Source: Felis catus (Eukaryota). Taken from it: 64,000 nucleotides of DNA. The stretch lies in assembly GCF_018350175.1 (NCBI RefSeq), contig NC_058369.1, positions 120,714,001-120,778,000 of the forward strand. Direction: 5' to 3'. A program made the position numbers and the translations under genes. Positions 1-12,780 of the stretch are shown here, one piece after another. Within the stretch, counting starts at the first letter, position 1. Each line of letters opens with the position of its first letter. Under the pieces are notes generated by a model. It was given only the letters and a program-made list of their open reading frames with translations, searched no databases and was not told where the DNA came from.

Positions 1-667
1 TAACATACAGATTTAAATATAATCAATTCCAGACTTGATCAAAGTGCTTGACCCCTATTCTAACTGCCTGACAGAAGCAAAGTAAAATCTCTTTGATGGA
101 AAGTATCATCAGCCACAAACTCAAACTATCTCTATAATTCTACCTGCATAATGCCTGACATTCACTTGAAAACTTGTAGGCATACCAGAGAAAAGCATCT
201 GGTTACCATGAAAAAATAGAATCAGGCTAATTGGTGATATAAATCTAAAATTTATCAGCAATGGGCATCAAACTAAGTGGATTAATGTGTTCCCGAAAAA
301 TAGATAACAAGGTGAGGAATAGATAATAATGTGAAAGTTGAGATCTATAAAAAAGAATAAAACTAAAATTCCAGAACTATAAAAAAACCAATTGCCATGA
401 TTAAAAAATAAATGGGCTAAATAATATATGCGGAATAGCAGCAGAGAAGAACAGAAAACTAGAAGACAGAATTGAAAATACCAAAACTGAAGAATGGAAA
501 GAAGAAAGAACAGAAATAAAGCTATATGAAATGAAAAGGTCTAACGTTCGCATAATTAGGTCTTCATGCGAGAGGAAAGAGAGAGAGAACAAGCAGGATT
601 GGAAGAGATAATGACAAATATGACAAAAGATATCAAGTTATAGTTTCAAAAAGCTTAAGAAACCCGT

Positions 668-670
<3 letters not shown>

Positions 671-711
<41 letters not shown>
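671..711 (+). repeat. (AC)n microsatellite
   Basis: About 20 AC units. Confidence 0.97.
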
Positions 712-714
<3 letters not shown>

Positions 715-1199
715 CACACTTAAAATCACAGCTACATACCCATAGTCAAATCTTTTGAAAACCAAAAACTGAGAAAATCCTAAAAGTAGTCAGGTGGAAA
801 AAGAAACCACCTCCAAAGGAGCAGAAGTAAAATGGACAGCTTCTGATCAGAAATGATACAAGTCAGAGGACAACAGAGTAATATCTTTTATGTGCTGAAA
901 GACAGTAACTGCCTAGTTAAAACTCAATTCCATGAAAAATGTACTTCTCAATTAAAGGTGACACAAAGACATTTTCAGACAACCAACAACAGAAATGGCT
1001 GCCAACACAACTTTACTAAAGTAAATAATAAAGAGATTTTTTTTTTAAGCAAGGAAAAATAATTCCAGTCTGAAGCATGGAAATGCAAGAAACGCTAAGG
1101 GGCAATTGAATGGGTAAATTTATGGGTAAGTCACAGTGACACTGGTTGTGTAACATATGCAAATAACGGTTTGTGGTGTTTGAATTACATGTAGAATAT

Positions 1200-1417
1200 T
1201 TTTTGCTTTTTAATTTTTTTAATGTTTTATTTATTTTTGAGAGAGAGAGAGACAGAGTATGAGTGGCAGAGGGCCAGAGAGAGGGAGACAGAATCCAAAG
1301 CAAGCTCCAGGCTCTGAGCTGTCAGCACAGAGCCCAATGCAGGGTTCCAACTCACAAACCGCAAGGTCATGACCTGAGCCGGTCAGATGCTTAACCAACT
1401 AAACCACCCAGGCGCCC
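1200..1417 (-). mobile_element. CanSINE (felid SINEC)
   Basis: Reverse tRNA-derived head, (GA)n, poly-T. Confidence 0.93.
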
Positions 1418-2743
1418 CCCCCCCCTTTTTGTACTGTTTTTAATGATAACACAAAAAGGAGGAGAGTTGGCAAGGAAGATCTAAGGTTCTTGCATTTATC
1501 TGGAAAGTGGTAAAATTCTAATTTATATTAGGATTGAATAAGTCTAGAATTTACACTGTACCCTTGAGTATAATCATTAAGCAAGATTACAGAATGTATA
1601 CCCTGACAAGCTTACAGAATAGGGAAAGAAATGAAAATGATATAAAACATTTGAGTAATATTAAAGGACACAATGAGGAAGAGAACATTGAAATACAAAT
1701 AAGACAAATAGGAAATAAACAGTAAAGTAGTAGATTTAAACACAAATATATTAGTAATTACACTAAATGTAAATGGACTATCCCATTTAAAAAATATTGT
1801 CAGGCTCCATTAAAGAAAAACAAAACCCAATTATACACTACTTAAAAGAGATACATCTTAAATATAAGCATTCAGAAAGATTAAAATCAAAGAATTGAAA
1901 AAAATATCCCATGCAAATATTAATCAAAAGGAAGTTGGCATTGTTACCCTACTATCACCGAATTAGATTTTAGGGCAAGAAGCATCACTAGACATAAAAT
2001 GGGACATTTCATAAGAATAAAAGATTTAATTTGCCAAGAAAGTATAACAGTTCTGAAGTTATATGTACTTAATAACAAAATAAATAAAGCAAAAATGGAT
2101 GTAAAAGGATAATAGAAAAATCATGTTAAATATATATTACTTATAAATAATAATCATATTATATCATATCATATTACATATTATAATAATATATAAATAT
2201 ATATTAGAATACTGTACCATAATGAAAATAAAGTGGCAACTGCTACATGCAAAAGAATAAGTAAATGTCATTAATATAAAGTCAAGCAAAAATGCCACAC
2301 AGAAAGGGCATATAGAGAATATGTCCATTTGTCAAAATGCAAAATCTAGCAAAAGTAACCTCGGATATTAGAACTCAGGACAGTGGATACTCTGGGAAGA
2401 AGGGGGAATAGTGACCACAGTGGGGACATTGCTCTATTCTATTTCTTTATCTAGGTGATGGTTACATTTACCTATACATTTGCTCTGTGAAAATTCATTT
2501 ACCTATACATTTGTCACTTGTGAATGTTTTCTATATTATGCTGTAACTCAATAAATAATTTTATTATAAGAAAGAAACACGGCAGAATCAATCTTATATA
2601 ACATTGTTAAAATCACGTAAAATTTATGTAAAATTGTGTACATGGGCATCAATTAAAATGCAATTTCAGATGTTGAAACGTTGACTTTTTCTTTTCTCTT
2701 TAAAAAAAAAGTATTTGAATTGCTATAGAACCTGTTATTTAAA

Positions 2744-2960
2744 AATTTTTTTTTCAACGTTTTTTATTTATTTTTGGGACAGAGAGAGACAGAGCATGAA
2801 CGGGGGAGGGGCAGAGAGAGAGGGAGACACAGAATCGGAAACAGGCTCCAGGCTCTGAGCCGTCAGCCCAGAGCCTGACGCGGGGCTCGAACTCATAGAC
2901 CGCGAGATCGTGACCTGGCTGAAGTCAGACGCTTAACCGACTGCGCCACCCAGGCGCCCC
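2744..2960 (-). mobile_element. Young SINEC_Fc-type SINE
   Basis: Near-consensus; TSD tagaacctgttatttaaa at 2726-2743 and 2961-2978. Confidence 0.96.
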
Positions 2961-3660
2961 TAGAACCTGTTATTTAAAGACAGACAAATAAATACCAAAA
3001 GATGAAGTCCAGATTACTTTCTGCAAATGGAGAGCCTCCACTTGTCCCGGAATTCCAATCTTTTGGAATCAGTCTTCAGAGTTAACCTGCTATTGTGGTT
3101 CCCAAGTCAATATCCAGTCCAAGACTGCCTGTGCTCCAGTTTACAGAAGCACACAGGACAGACACAGCTCTCACCGTCTTATCTCCAAATCCCTCTGCAG
3201 GTCAACAGACCCTCCACTCTTCATCCTCCCCCCCCCCCCCACCCCGCGTTTTCAAACCTCACATGCATTCCACCGGAACTGTTTCTACTCTGACTCATTT
3301 CTTTTGCTACGGCACTGGTTTTTAATTCTTTGGTGTAATTTATCTTGATTTAGAAACTATAATGTTATAAATTTTCCAACATAGTTTCCCTTTACGTGAG
3401 CCCAGAAATATGTCTCTCTACCGTTTCCTTTGTCCCAGGTAGTCAACGTTACAAGATATTTAAATTTCTTACGTTATTCAATGGCTAGAATGACTGGGGC
3501 AGGGAAAGGAAGAGTATCTTTATACATTAGACTACCAGTAATTTCTACTTGATCTATCATTCTTTCCAACACAAATGTATATCATAACCCAGTGACCCTT
3601 ATGAAATTCTTTGTAAACTTTTTTACTATCCCAAAGTACCCAGTAAGCCTCTGAGATTAA

Positions 3661-3871
3661 TTTCTTTTTTTAATGTTTGTTTATTATTTTTGAGAGAGAG
3701 AGACAGAGCACGAGCAGGAGAGAGGCAGAGAGAGGGAGACACAGAATCCAAAGCAAGCTCCAGGCAACAAGCTGTCAGCACAGAGCCGGATGTGGGGCTC
3801 AAACTCACCAACCGTGACATTATGACCTGAGCCGAAGTTGGATGCTTAACCAACTGAGCCACCCAGGCACT
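3661..3871 (-). mobile_element. CanSINE
   Basis: TSD ctctgagattaattt. Confidence 0.94.
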
Positions 3872-4006
3872 CCTCTGAGATTAATTTTTATTTGGAGCAT
3901 GGATTTGCCTAGTGGTAAGCTCGGGTACTTGGAAAGCTGTAATTCCAAATATTCAAACCTATAGAATTGAGGTCCCATTGTTGCCTCAAATAAAAAATTG
4001 AGGAAA

Positions 4007-4205
4007 GGGGCACCTGGGTGGCTCAGTCGTTAAGCATCGGTCTCTTGGTTTCGGCTGAGGTCATGATCTCGTAGTTTGTAAGATACAGTCCCGGGTTGGG
4101 CTCTGTGCTGACAGTGTGGAACTGCCTTAGGAGTCTCTCTCTCTTCCCCTCCCCCACTCACACATGCACTCTCTCTCTCTCTCTCTCAAAATAAATAAAT
4201 AAACT
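4007..4205 (+). mobile_element. CanSINE (older)
   Basis: ggggcacctgggtggctcagtc head, (CT)n, A tail. Confidence 0.92.
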
Positions 4206-4223
4206 TTAGAAGAAAATTGTGAA

Positions 4224-4425
4224 GGGGTGCCTGGGTGGCTTAGTCCATTAAGCGTCCGACTCTTGGTTTTGGCTCAGGTCATGATCTCACAGTTTTGTGA
4301 GTGAGTTCGAGCCCCACATAGGGTGCCGCACTCACATTGTAGAGCCTGCTTGGGATTCCCCATCTCCCTCTGTATCTGCCCCTCCCCTAATGACGCTATC
4401 TCTATCTCTCTCTCTCAAAAAAAAA
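4224..4425 (+). mobile_element. CanSINE (older)
   Basis: ggggtgcctgggtggct head, (CT)n, A tail. Confidence 0.92.
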
Positions 4426-5076
4426 TCAAACTAGACTGGAAGATTTAAATTTCTTCTCTTGACTAACTAAGCAAAAGCTTACTAGGGGACATTCTTAATT
4501 TCTCCGAAAACTTTCTGGAGGTAAATAGTGTAATCATCACATAGTCACCAAAGGAGCCCTGCTGATCCTTGAGAAGCTGAGACCTGCAAACTAGAGGCAC
4601 AGTAGATGGGCTTCACCAGGAGCAACATCTGACCTCTAAAGTGGAGGTCACGCTAGGGGCATCAGATAGACAGATTTTGTCCTGGGGCTCCATGTGTAAG
4701 ACACAAATGTGAGCACAGAATTGCCAGAAGAGATTACGCTGAATCTAACTCAGGTTGTTTGTTCAAGCTCTCCTTTGTTCCCAAATAGACTAAATCTCTC
4801 ATTAACGATTTGCCTTTTGGGGCTGAGTATGGTCTTTTTGATCGTCACCTTGCCTCTTGAACAATATCAACACTTTCCTCTTGTTTTGCATGAGGCACTA
4901 TGTACTTGAATGAAGTCATACCACCCTGCTCTCTGGAAAGTAGGGCTGCAGAAGGCACACTTTGGCTACTGCGTGACTCTGTGTAGGGTCAGCCATGCCT
5001 TACTGGTACTCAGGCTTTAGTTCCAATCCGCCCATCCCATTCCTCATAGCTTACAGGTCCCAAAGTGTTTCCATAC

Positions 5077-5259
5077 CTGACAGAAGTCATCCACTTGCCG
5101 CACATAACCGGCCACTTCGTTATCGGATTTAAAGATCTTCCAGACTTTTCTTTCCGCCTGCTTGTATTTCTGGGATCCTTTCCACTTCATGGCCATCAGA
5201 GAGCGCTCTGTCAGGGAGGCTGCCACAATGATGTCCAGTTGGCCATTGTAGATCAGTAC
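5077..5259 (-). CDS. CPVL: CPVL coding exon (exon 12 equivalent), 183 nt, VLIYNGQLDIIVAASLTERSLMAMKWKGSQKYKQAERKVWKIFKSDNEVAGYVRQVDDFCQ; contains the catalytic Asp
   Basis: catttcag|GTA ... CAG|gtatgg. VLIYNGQLD catalytic-Asp motif and VAGY motif; overlaps ORF 5044..5226. Confidence 0.97.
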
Positions 5260-5743
5260 CTGAAATGAAACGGATCCGGGGGCAAATGCGGGATTCAGCA
5301 GGGGAAGGCAGCGAATCTATCTACGTATAGATAGTGTGTGCACGAGAAGAAAGCTAACGTGAGAGAGGCCAGTCCAGTAGGGGAGCGGGGTCATTTTTTT
5401 CCAGTTGGCCACACACCCCAACAACCTGAAATAAACTCAAGCCTGGTCTCAGCCACTGCAATTCTTCCCAAAGTTTGAACCTTCATAGGAATCTGCACAA
5501 AGGCTTCTCTCAGTAGCTGAGCATTCTCTCGGGAGCTGAGAATCCATATTGTTCTCCCCTCTGACATTGACTTTACAGGGGCAACTATGATTTTTTGAGG
5601 CGGACAGATAGACGCAGGTGTCTCAGATTTGTTACACGTTGGAGGCAAATATGTTTGCCATGCAACTTCTAAGACCTCCTTTTCTTAAACATGATAGCCA
5701 CTTGTCGACAATGAGGAATGTCTTTTTTTCCTAGAATACGTTT

Positions 5744-5767
5744 GTGTGTGTGTGTGTGTGTGTGTGT
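5744..5767 (+). repeat. (TG)n microsatellite
   Basis: About 12 units. Confidence 0.95.
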
Positions 5768-5929
5768 GCATGATAAGTTGGTGGATATTATAGGAGAACC
5801 AACTCTGAAGCAAGGTCTTGTCTTTTCTCCAAAACTAATACTCATTTGGCTTGAAAAAGAATTCATATACTATCCAATGCCGAGGAAGTGTAAAAATGGC
5901 ACCACACTTGAGGAAAGCAATGATCCATT

Positions 5930-6150
5930 TTTTTTAAATTTTTTTTTCAACGTTTATTTATTTTTGGGACAGAGAGAGACAGAGCATGAACGGGCGAGGG
6001 GCAGAGAGAGAGGGAGACACAGAATCGGAAACAGGCTCCAGGCTCTGAGCCATCAGCCCAGAGCCCGACGCGGGGCTCGAACTCACGGACCGCGAGATCG
6101 TGACCCGGCTGAAGTCGGACGCTTAACCGACTGCGCCACCCAGGCGCCCC
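5930..6150 (-). mobile_element. Young SINEC_Fc-type SINE
   Basis: TSD gcaatgatccattttt. Confidence 0.96.
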
Positions 6151-6199
6151 GCAATGATCCATTTTTAACAAAAAGATTTTAACATGTTGAGGCTCGCTG

Positions 6200-6520
6200 T
6201 CCCCGTAACCCCAGATTGTGAAAGGAATTCTATGAAAATAAGCCCAAAGAAATATCTATATATATAGCGCCCTGTTTATCACGTCTTATAATGAAAATCT
6301 TGAACACAGTCTAAAAGTCCCATAATTAGTGACTGGTTACATAAACTATGGTACAGATTTTCTATCGGATAGTGCAAAACCATTTAAAATGTTTCATTGA
6401 ACCGTGTGGCAATGTGATAAGCAATACTTATCACACACGGTTAAGTATGAAAGCTGAAAGTCAAATATATTTCACAATTATGAGCGTATAAAATAGGTAT
6501 ACATATTTACATATATGGCA
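6200..6520 (+). mobile_element. Old L1 3' fragment (L1ME-like)
   Basis: gactggttacataaactatggtaca resembles the L1 3' region. Confidence 0.55.
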
Positions 6521-7994
6521 TGCACCTTTAAAGAAAAGGAATATGGTTGGTTAATTTAGGTGGCACAAAGCTGAGTAATTTTCTCCTTTGTTTTCCACTC
6601 TTCTTAGGTTGTTTTTATGCAACTAACATGACCTTAGTTCTCCTAAGGCATTGTCACTCAACCCCCAACAAAGAGGTTTTCCTCAACTCCACGCTACCCT
6701 TTGATCTACTTGGAAGTTCTGGTTTTGCTCAAGTGAAGACCTTTGGTCGAATCCTCAAATTGGATAGAAAATGTTTCACTGCATATGTTTCCATCTCTGC
6801 CCTCCTGGTGCAGGCTTCTTAAAAGGCTTGCACATAATTAAACAGCCCAGGACTTTTACACACTCCAAATCCTCAAGCAGCAGTGGGCCAGGATTCAGCC
6901 CAAGATGAAAGGGCCCTGGGCCTCTCATGTTACTCCGTCACCACCACCACCTCCGCTCTCCTGAGCAGAAACCCAAAGGGAAAACTCCTGATCGATTTAA
7001 AGCCTCTTTAAAAACCTCAGCTCAACTATAGCCATAAAAATGTGCGTTGTTTATACAAAGACATTGCCTCAAAGACCTTGGGTACTTACGGTGCATGCAA
7101 AACTCCTACAGCTGTCTTGCCAACAGTATGGAAGCAATTACACATGATCTGTACCAAGGAACAAGGCTTAAATACTCCATCATCCTAGGAAGGCCTGATT
7201 AACAAAGATAATTATCTATAAAGTAGTTCCTCTTCCAGAATTCAATGAAAAGATGCTGATTAACTAGCAAATACACAAGTGCATCTGGCTGGTTTCCACT
7301 CCGTGGCTACTAAATGAAGCCTGCCTCTTTCTGAGGGTCTCTTGTAGCTATCTCACTATCATCAGTGTATTTTGAAATTGATTTGAATGTGTTCTCTTTC
7401 GGGGATGCAAATCCACAGGTCACGGCAAAAAAAACAGGCTTATTTGTACAGCATTAGAGCACAGGTTGGTTGGACTGAATTGAAATGAAGTCCATGCCTG
7501 AGCTTTACCCTTTGCTATTCAAGACTCAACACAAACGAGAACACTAACTCTCTGGAACGAGGCAGTGAAGGGCTGAACTGCCTAATTTTGTGCATGTGAT
7601 GGGTAGAAGGCCCACTTCAGGGGGAGGGTGGGCAATGGAAATCTTCTTTTTAAAGCAAGGAAAACATTTTTAACTTCTAAAGGGCACATAAGTCAAATGC
7701 AACAAAAAAAAAAATTAAAGATTAATGATCAAGCAAAATGATTTCAAAGCTGGCATTTAAGGCTGCCAGCATTAAATATAAGAATTCCAGAGCTTTTATT
7801 TTTATCTAAATGTCACATTTACTCTCATCAGCCCTGACAGGAATATTTCAGTTGCCTTTAGGGCTGGATGAGTGGGGAGATATCCCAGGATCCAGTAAGC
7901 CAAGAGGCTGGGGGGGGGGGGTGGAGGTGGGGGTGGGGGGTGGTCCTGAAGCCCAAGGGCACACGTTGGCACACATTTGTTCCACTCCTTCCTC

Positions 7995-8085
7995 TAGGGT
8001 GACCAACAGCCCCGGGTTTGCCCTGGCCTGAGGCGTTTTCCAGGACGCTGGGCTTTCAAGCTAACCCCGGGACAGTCTGGGGCAA
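7995..8085. mobile_element. MER81-like hAT MITE, one end truncated
   Basis: tagggtgaccaac...gggtttgccc...ttttccaggacgctgggctttc matches the recalled MER81 consensus. Confidence 0.75.
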
Positions 8086-8508
8086 GCTTCTCCCCAAGGC
8101 TTGATGGTATTTTAAGCAACGAGATCTAAAGACAGAGAGGAGGAGACAGAAATGAAGGCGGCTTTCAGCTACCCTTGTCTTCTCAGTAGTGACTGTAACA
8201 AAACCAGGCACAGGAGGATCACTGGCTGCAGCTGGCCTCCAGTGACACGCGAGGCAGCACCCCTAAACACTTTCCTTCCTGTTTCCTCCGCTTTCCTTCC
8301 TGGACAGCTGCGAAGCCTCCTTTCAACGGCAAAGGCACTCCCTTTGGAAAATTTTCTTTTCTTTTACTCGAGGTCTGACCGGTTAGCGCGGTGAAATGGA
8401 TGGTTTTGCAAAGACGTGAACAAATACTTCTTATTAAAACATCAGCGAAGACTATGATTCTTTGTACTCTATGATTGTGACATTGTTTTTTTTAAAAGAT
8501 GCTTCATC

Positions 8509-8730
8509 GGGGCTTCCGGGTGGCTCAGTCGGTCGAGCGTCCGACTTCGGCTCCGGTCATGATCTCATGGTTCGTGAGTTCGAGCCCCGAGTCGGGCTCC
8601 GTGCAGACAGCTCGGAGCCTGGAACCCGCTTTGGATTCTGGGTCTCCCTCTCTCTCTGCCCCTCTCCCGCTCGCACTCTGTCTCTCTCTCTCTCTCTCAA
8701 AAATAAATAAATAACCATTAAAAAGGTTTA
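8509..8730 (+). mobile_element. CanSINE
   Basis: TSD aaaagatgcttca. Confidence 0.95.
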
Positions 8731-8967
8731 AAAGATGCTTCAAGCTTGGGAAAAGAATACATCAAAATATCAACAGTTAAGGTAGCTGCAGTGTGGGTAA
8801 TTTGTTTTAACTTGACTGTTTGCTAGGTGGGTTTTTTGTTGTTGTTGCTGTTGTTTTGGTTTGGTCTGTTTTTGAAAATGTGATTAGGGGGTTTTATAAT
8901 GAAAAAATAATAAAACAAACAATAACACTAAGTTTGGGGAACCATGGGTGGCAAAAATGGGTCTTTA

Positions 8968-9198
8968 TTTTTTTTTTTTAATTTTTTTTTTCAACGTTTA
9001 TTTATTTTTTTTTGGGACAGAGAGAGACAGAGCATGAACGGGGGAGGGGCAAAGAGAGAGGGAGACACAGAATCGGAAACAGGCTCCAGGCTCTGAGCCA
9101 TCAGCCCAGAGCCCGACGCGGGGCTCGAACCCACGGACCGCGAGATCGTGACCTGGCTGAAGTCGGACGCTTAGCCGACTGCGCCACCCAGGCGCCCC
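8968..9198 (-). mobile_element. Young SINEC_Fc-type SINE
   Basis: TSD aatgggtctttatt. Confidence 0.96.
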
Positions 9199-10089
9199 TA
9201 ATGGGTCTTTATTAAGGAATAATTTGTATTAACCCAAATAGTACCAGCTCTCAATTTTTTATGACAACTAGGCAAACAGCATAACTAGTTTGTTTGTAGA
9301 TGATCTTAAAAATCCATTCCAGAATTCAGGCATTTATAAGAAATGGTAGAAGGTGGTTTCGATTTTAAGCATCTTGTTTGTTTATTTGTTTGTTTGTTTG
9401 GTAGAGGCAAAGGCAGAGATGAGAAAAGCATTTTTATTATGTTCTTTACCTCCCAAAGTGCTTTCACGTACATATGACTGTATTCTCACACTGTTTCTTG
9501 AGGTCAGGACGAGAGGAATTACAACGTCTGCCTCCACCTTACTGTTAAGGAAATTGTGACACAGCGAGGGGTCAGAACATGTCTGAGATCCCAGACTTCC
9601 AAACTTCTACCCAGAATTCCTTAAGAAAGGAGCCAAATTCCTTCAAACCAACAGGCATTTACTGACTCCCCGTAGCTAAATGTTTTGTGCTACCGAAAGC
9701 CTCTGGCAAGGGAGAGTTGGTTGAGTGTGAGACACAGTTCACGTCTCCAGTTCAGAAATAACGTTGGTCTGTTGGTCCAAGTCTGGTGACATCTCTCAGT
9801 CATTTCTCACTTTGGCTCCATGGACAACGATGTGTGCAAGGACGTTATCCACCTGGCAACAGATGTCTCACTTCTGTTGAAGGGAGTACCACTGATGAAG
9901 CAGCTGTGGCAGAGCTTGGGCTCCTTGAGAACGAGGCTCTCCTGGCTCCATAGCCCTTGCTCAGTGCTGGGCATCCCAGAAAAAGTATTGACACTGGGAA
10001 GAGTCAATTGCATTCTCTAAAGGTTTTCTATAATGCTGTACATCGATCGTCTGTTGCTTTGGCCTGCCTAGGTCCACTCTCTCTTCCCC

Positions 10090-10444
10090 TGGTTCCTGGA
10101 ATCCCACACCCCCCCAATGGATCCAGCCTTGGTGGAGGCTGTCAATCACAATATCCTGCCTCCTCTGTGCAAGGGATGAGCATGTGACCCAAGCTAAGGC
10201 ACTCAAATGCTCTTTTCATAAAATGTGAATTGTGGGCAGAGTGACATAGGCTTCCCTGATGAGTCTGCCCACTAGCTTTCCGTCCTAGATCCCCAGAATT
10301 TTCCTTAGTCTCAATCCAGTGCTTCAATCAATTTTTTTTTCTGGGAATTCTGTGACCTATCATGTCATCTGATTAATTTCTTTTATGCTTCAAGCAAGCA
10401 CAGTTGTTTCTGTTGCTGAAAGCATGAAATCCAAACTCATACAC
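10090..10444 (+). mobile_element. Old MaLR (MLT1-type) LTR fragment
   Basis: gcatgtgacccaagcta and a terminal gtttctgttgctgaaagc...aactcataca motif. Confidence 0.6.
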
Positions 10445-10529
10445 CAATGGACCAGTGCCCCCCATGCCCCAGTATACAATAACTGGGAACCCCTGGACGT
10501 GTGGCTTAACCTCCATGGGCTTCATTCCC

Positions 10530-10640
10530 TTTTCTGGATATGAATATGGTTAAGACCTACATCTCATGGTAGTGACAGTAAATGAGATAATGTGCACAGA
10601 GCTACTAGCACAGTGCTTGACACAAATTAGTTCAATGAGT
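10530..10640 (+). mobile_element. MIR fragment
   Basis: cctacatctcatgg...aaatgagataatgtg...gcacagtgcttgacaca. Confidence 0.65.
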
Positions 10641-11089
10641 GTGAGGTCCTCCTCCTTTTCAGGGGGGTTGATACTCGGATAAGGACTTGAAAGACTCAAT
10701 GAAGCACTTCTTCTAAAATAAGCCTTCAGAATATGCGTATGGTCCTTCTGAGTCAAACACTTAGTTGCCAATCTCACCCTTCCAGAAAAGGCCTACAGTA
10801 GGAGGAAGTCCAGCTGGGATAAACCTGAACTCCATCTATTCAAACGCCTGAAATAACATGCCTTTCACTATTAATTTTACACACATTGGCCGCGATACCT
10901 CAGCAGTCTTTTCCTTGGTAGTCGGAGCCATGAGTTTATAAATTACTCTTTTAAAAGGAGTTTCAGTTTTGAAGCATAGGGTTCAAGACGGCAAGGAATT
11001 TGCCCATAATTCACGGCTAGAAAAGTATGGTCAAGAGCATAGCTTTTAAACGGACAGTTTGGAATCAGAGTGGAACTTTCTCATTCCTC

Positions 11090-11270
11090 TTATGTTGGGG
11101 AAGCGGTGCTAAGCATTTTGCATCCATGATTTCACAGCACCCCCAGAAGGCCGATGTTATTTATCCCATTTTAGGGACAAGGAGACAGAGGTACAGGGAG
11201 AGGAGGCAAACTGGGGACAGAGCCTCAAGTTCAGATCTGCTTGAGTCCCAAATGTGTGCTTCTTAGCCCT
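11090..11270 (-). mobile_element. MIR fragment
   Basis: tatcccattttagggacaaggagacagagg core. Confidence 0.65.
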
Positions 11271-11409
11271 CTTCTGTACTGCCTCACTGTCTAAATCACT
11301 GCCCCCAAAGGAGCACGTTGAATAGGTAGTTTATCCTATATTTGTAATTCCACAGGCAGGAAGCAAACCTAAAGAAAGACAAGCATGGAATGAAGGATGC
11401 ATGTTTATA

Positions 11410-11640
11410 GTTAAGAGCACAGGCTCCGTGGCCGGGTTTGAAATCCTAACTCTGCCTCTTACTAGCAAGATCATCTTAAGTGACTCAATCCATCTAGAGT
11501 TCCGTCTCCTCATCTGTAAAATGGGTGGAAGAGAAACATACATGGCAGAGGGTCACTGGGAGAATTACATCACGTAATGCAAGTAAAGCTCCCTGCACTC
11601 TGGGCACACAGTGAATATTCAATTAAGCTAATTATTATTA
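11410..11640 (+). mobile_element. MIR, near full length
   Basis: gttaagagcacaggctc...gggtttgaaatcctaactctgcc...ctcatctgtaaaatggg. Confidence 0.85.
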
Positions 11641-12179
11641 TCACCACATTTGAATAGCTCCACATAGCTAGTCAAAGAGCTCCACGGTTTCCAAGTGAGA
11701 CGTTATCTGTGGATTACAATCAGGGTTTAGGATGTAAGAGTTAAAATTCTAATACAACCGCCCTAGGTCAGCAGTTTAACAAAACAAACAGCAGGGGCAT
11801 AGAAAAAGTAGTAGGATGCGTGCAGACAGAAGGCTTGAGCTCCAGCCCCAGCGCAGCCTCCCAAGGCCTGGGCAAAAGAAGCGACCTTGGGTATGTCATC
11901 GACCCACTCCGAGCCTTAATTTTCTCCTCTGTGAAGGGGAATATTTATGTTCTAGGATTGCTGAGAGGGCCAGATGGGATGTGAGATGCAAAACGTATCC
12001 TATAGCCTGAAGAGCAGCGTTTTAGCAATGTTGTTGTCACTCCCGTTCAAAAATTAACCTGAAAAGTTAAGTTTCTATAGTGGAGCGCATAACTTTTAAG
12101 TGGGCTGCCTGAAGTCGGCATTCAGCTTGAAGGTAAACACTCGCGTAGTCTACACAGTGTTGCAATTAGACGCCGGCGT

Positions 12180-12470
12180 CTAATTACTGGGAGATCTGGC
12201 CATGCCGTGCCTGTATTTCCACTCACCCACAATGAGCTAACACTGTATCCACCCCTTCCTCAGTGTCCCCCCACCCCCACCCCCCGCAAGGGTGCAAGAG
12301 TACCTGTCATCTATTCAACGCTTATGCCACTGTTTTTCTTAGAAGAGGAAAATATTTCTCTGTATCTGTGTCTTTGTCATCGGTAAAAAAGAAAGATCAG
12401 TAGGCCTCGATCCAACTCTCTTCATTTATTTCCTTCCCTTCCAGGATTCACGGGCAGCTGAGTTTCACTT
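12180..12470. mobile_element. Probable MER102-like hAT DNA transposon remnant
   Basis: gccactgtttttcttagaagaggaaaatatttctctgta resembles the recalled consensus. Confidence 0.45.
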
Positions 12471-12780
12471 CCATTGAAAATGGAAGGGAAGTGACCTTTT
12501 GTCTGAGTTGGAGGAAAGAATGCATGCTCAGTTATACATGGAGTGTGTTTTGTTTGTTTGCTTGTTGAATCTGCTCACATGAAATCTCCACTTATTCGAT
12601 AGTAAATATTGGTGGGGAGCCTGAGGACGAGACACCCAGGGAACAGGTATCAAAAGATGTGACCCCCTCTCCTCCTAATGCTCCATATTTTTTAACTTTC
12701 TAAAAACCAGCGAATAATTAGAAGAGGAGAGGCAAATTTACTCTTTCATGTCTAAGTTTTCCTTAAAAGAGGGGTCAACA

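Larger units (their letters stand above)
1..2570 (+). mobile_element. Old degraded LINE-1 (L1M-type): ORF1-like region, ORF2 endonuclease start and 3' end; interrupted by (CA)n and a SINE
   Basis: A-rich strand. attacactaaatgtaaatggacta near 1757 reads ITLNVNGL, the ORF2 N-terminus. L1 3'-UTR-like text at 2200-2560. Confidence 0.8.

Noticed and set aside
4007-4090. tRNA-like A/B-box sequences at SINE heads
   Set aside because: These are tRNA-derived SINE promoters, not tRNA genes.
1-5076. Search for the terminal CPVL exon with the catalytic His
   Set aside because: No GGGH/HxxP-type coding sequence seen. It presumably lies beyond the window edge, so its absence is not evidence of pseudogenisation.
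5718-6182. Recurrent ORFs such as GQRETEHERGRGRERGRHRIGNRLQ and MAQSVKRPTSAQV that look like a multi-copy gene family
   Set aside because: They are translations of CanSINE sequence in different frames and coincide exactly with SINEs.
7909-7943. G-quadruplex-like G runs (also 36308-36336, and C runs near 3227, 12266 and 43646)
   Set aside because: Common homopolymer-rich tracts, far from exons or a promoter and prone to sequencing error.
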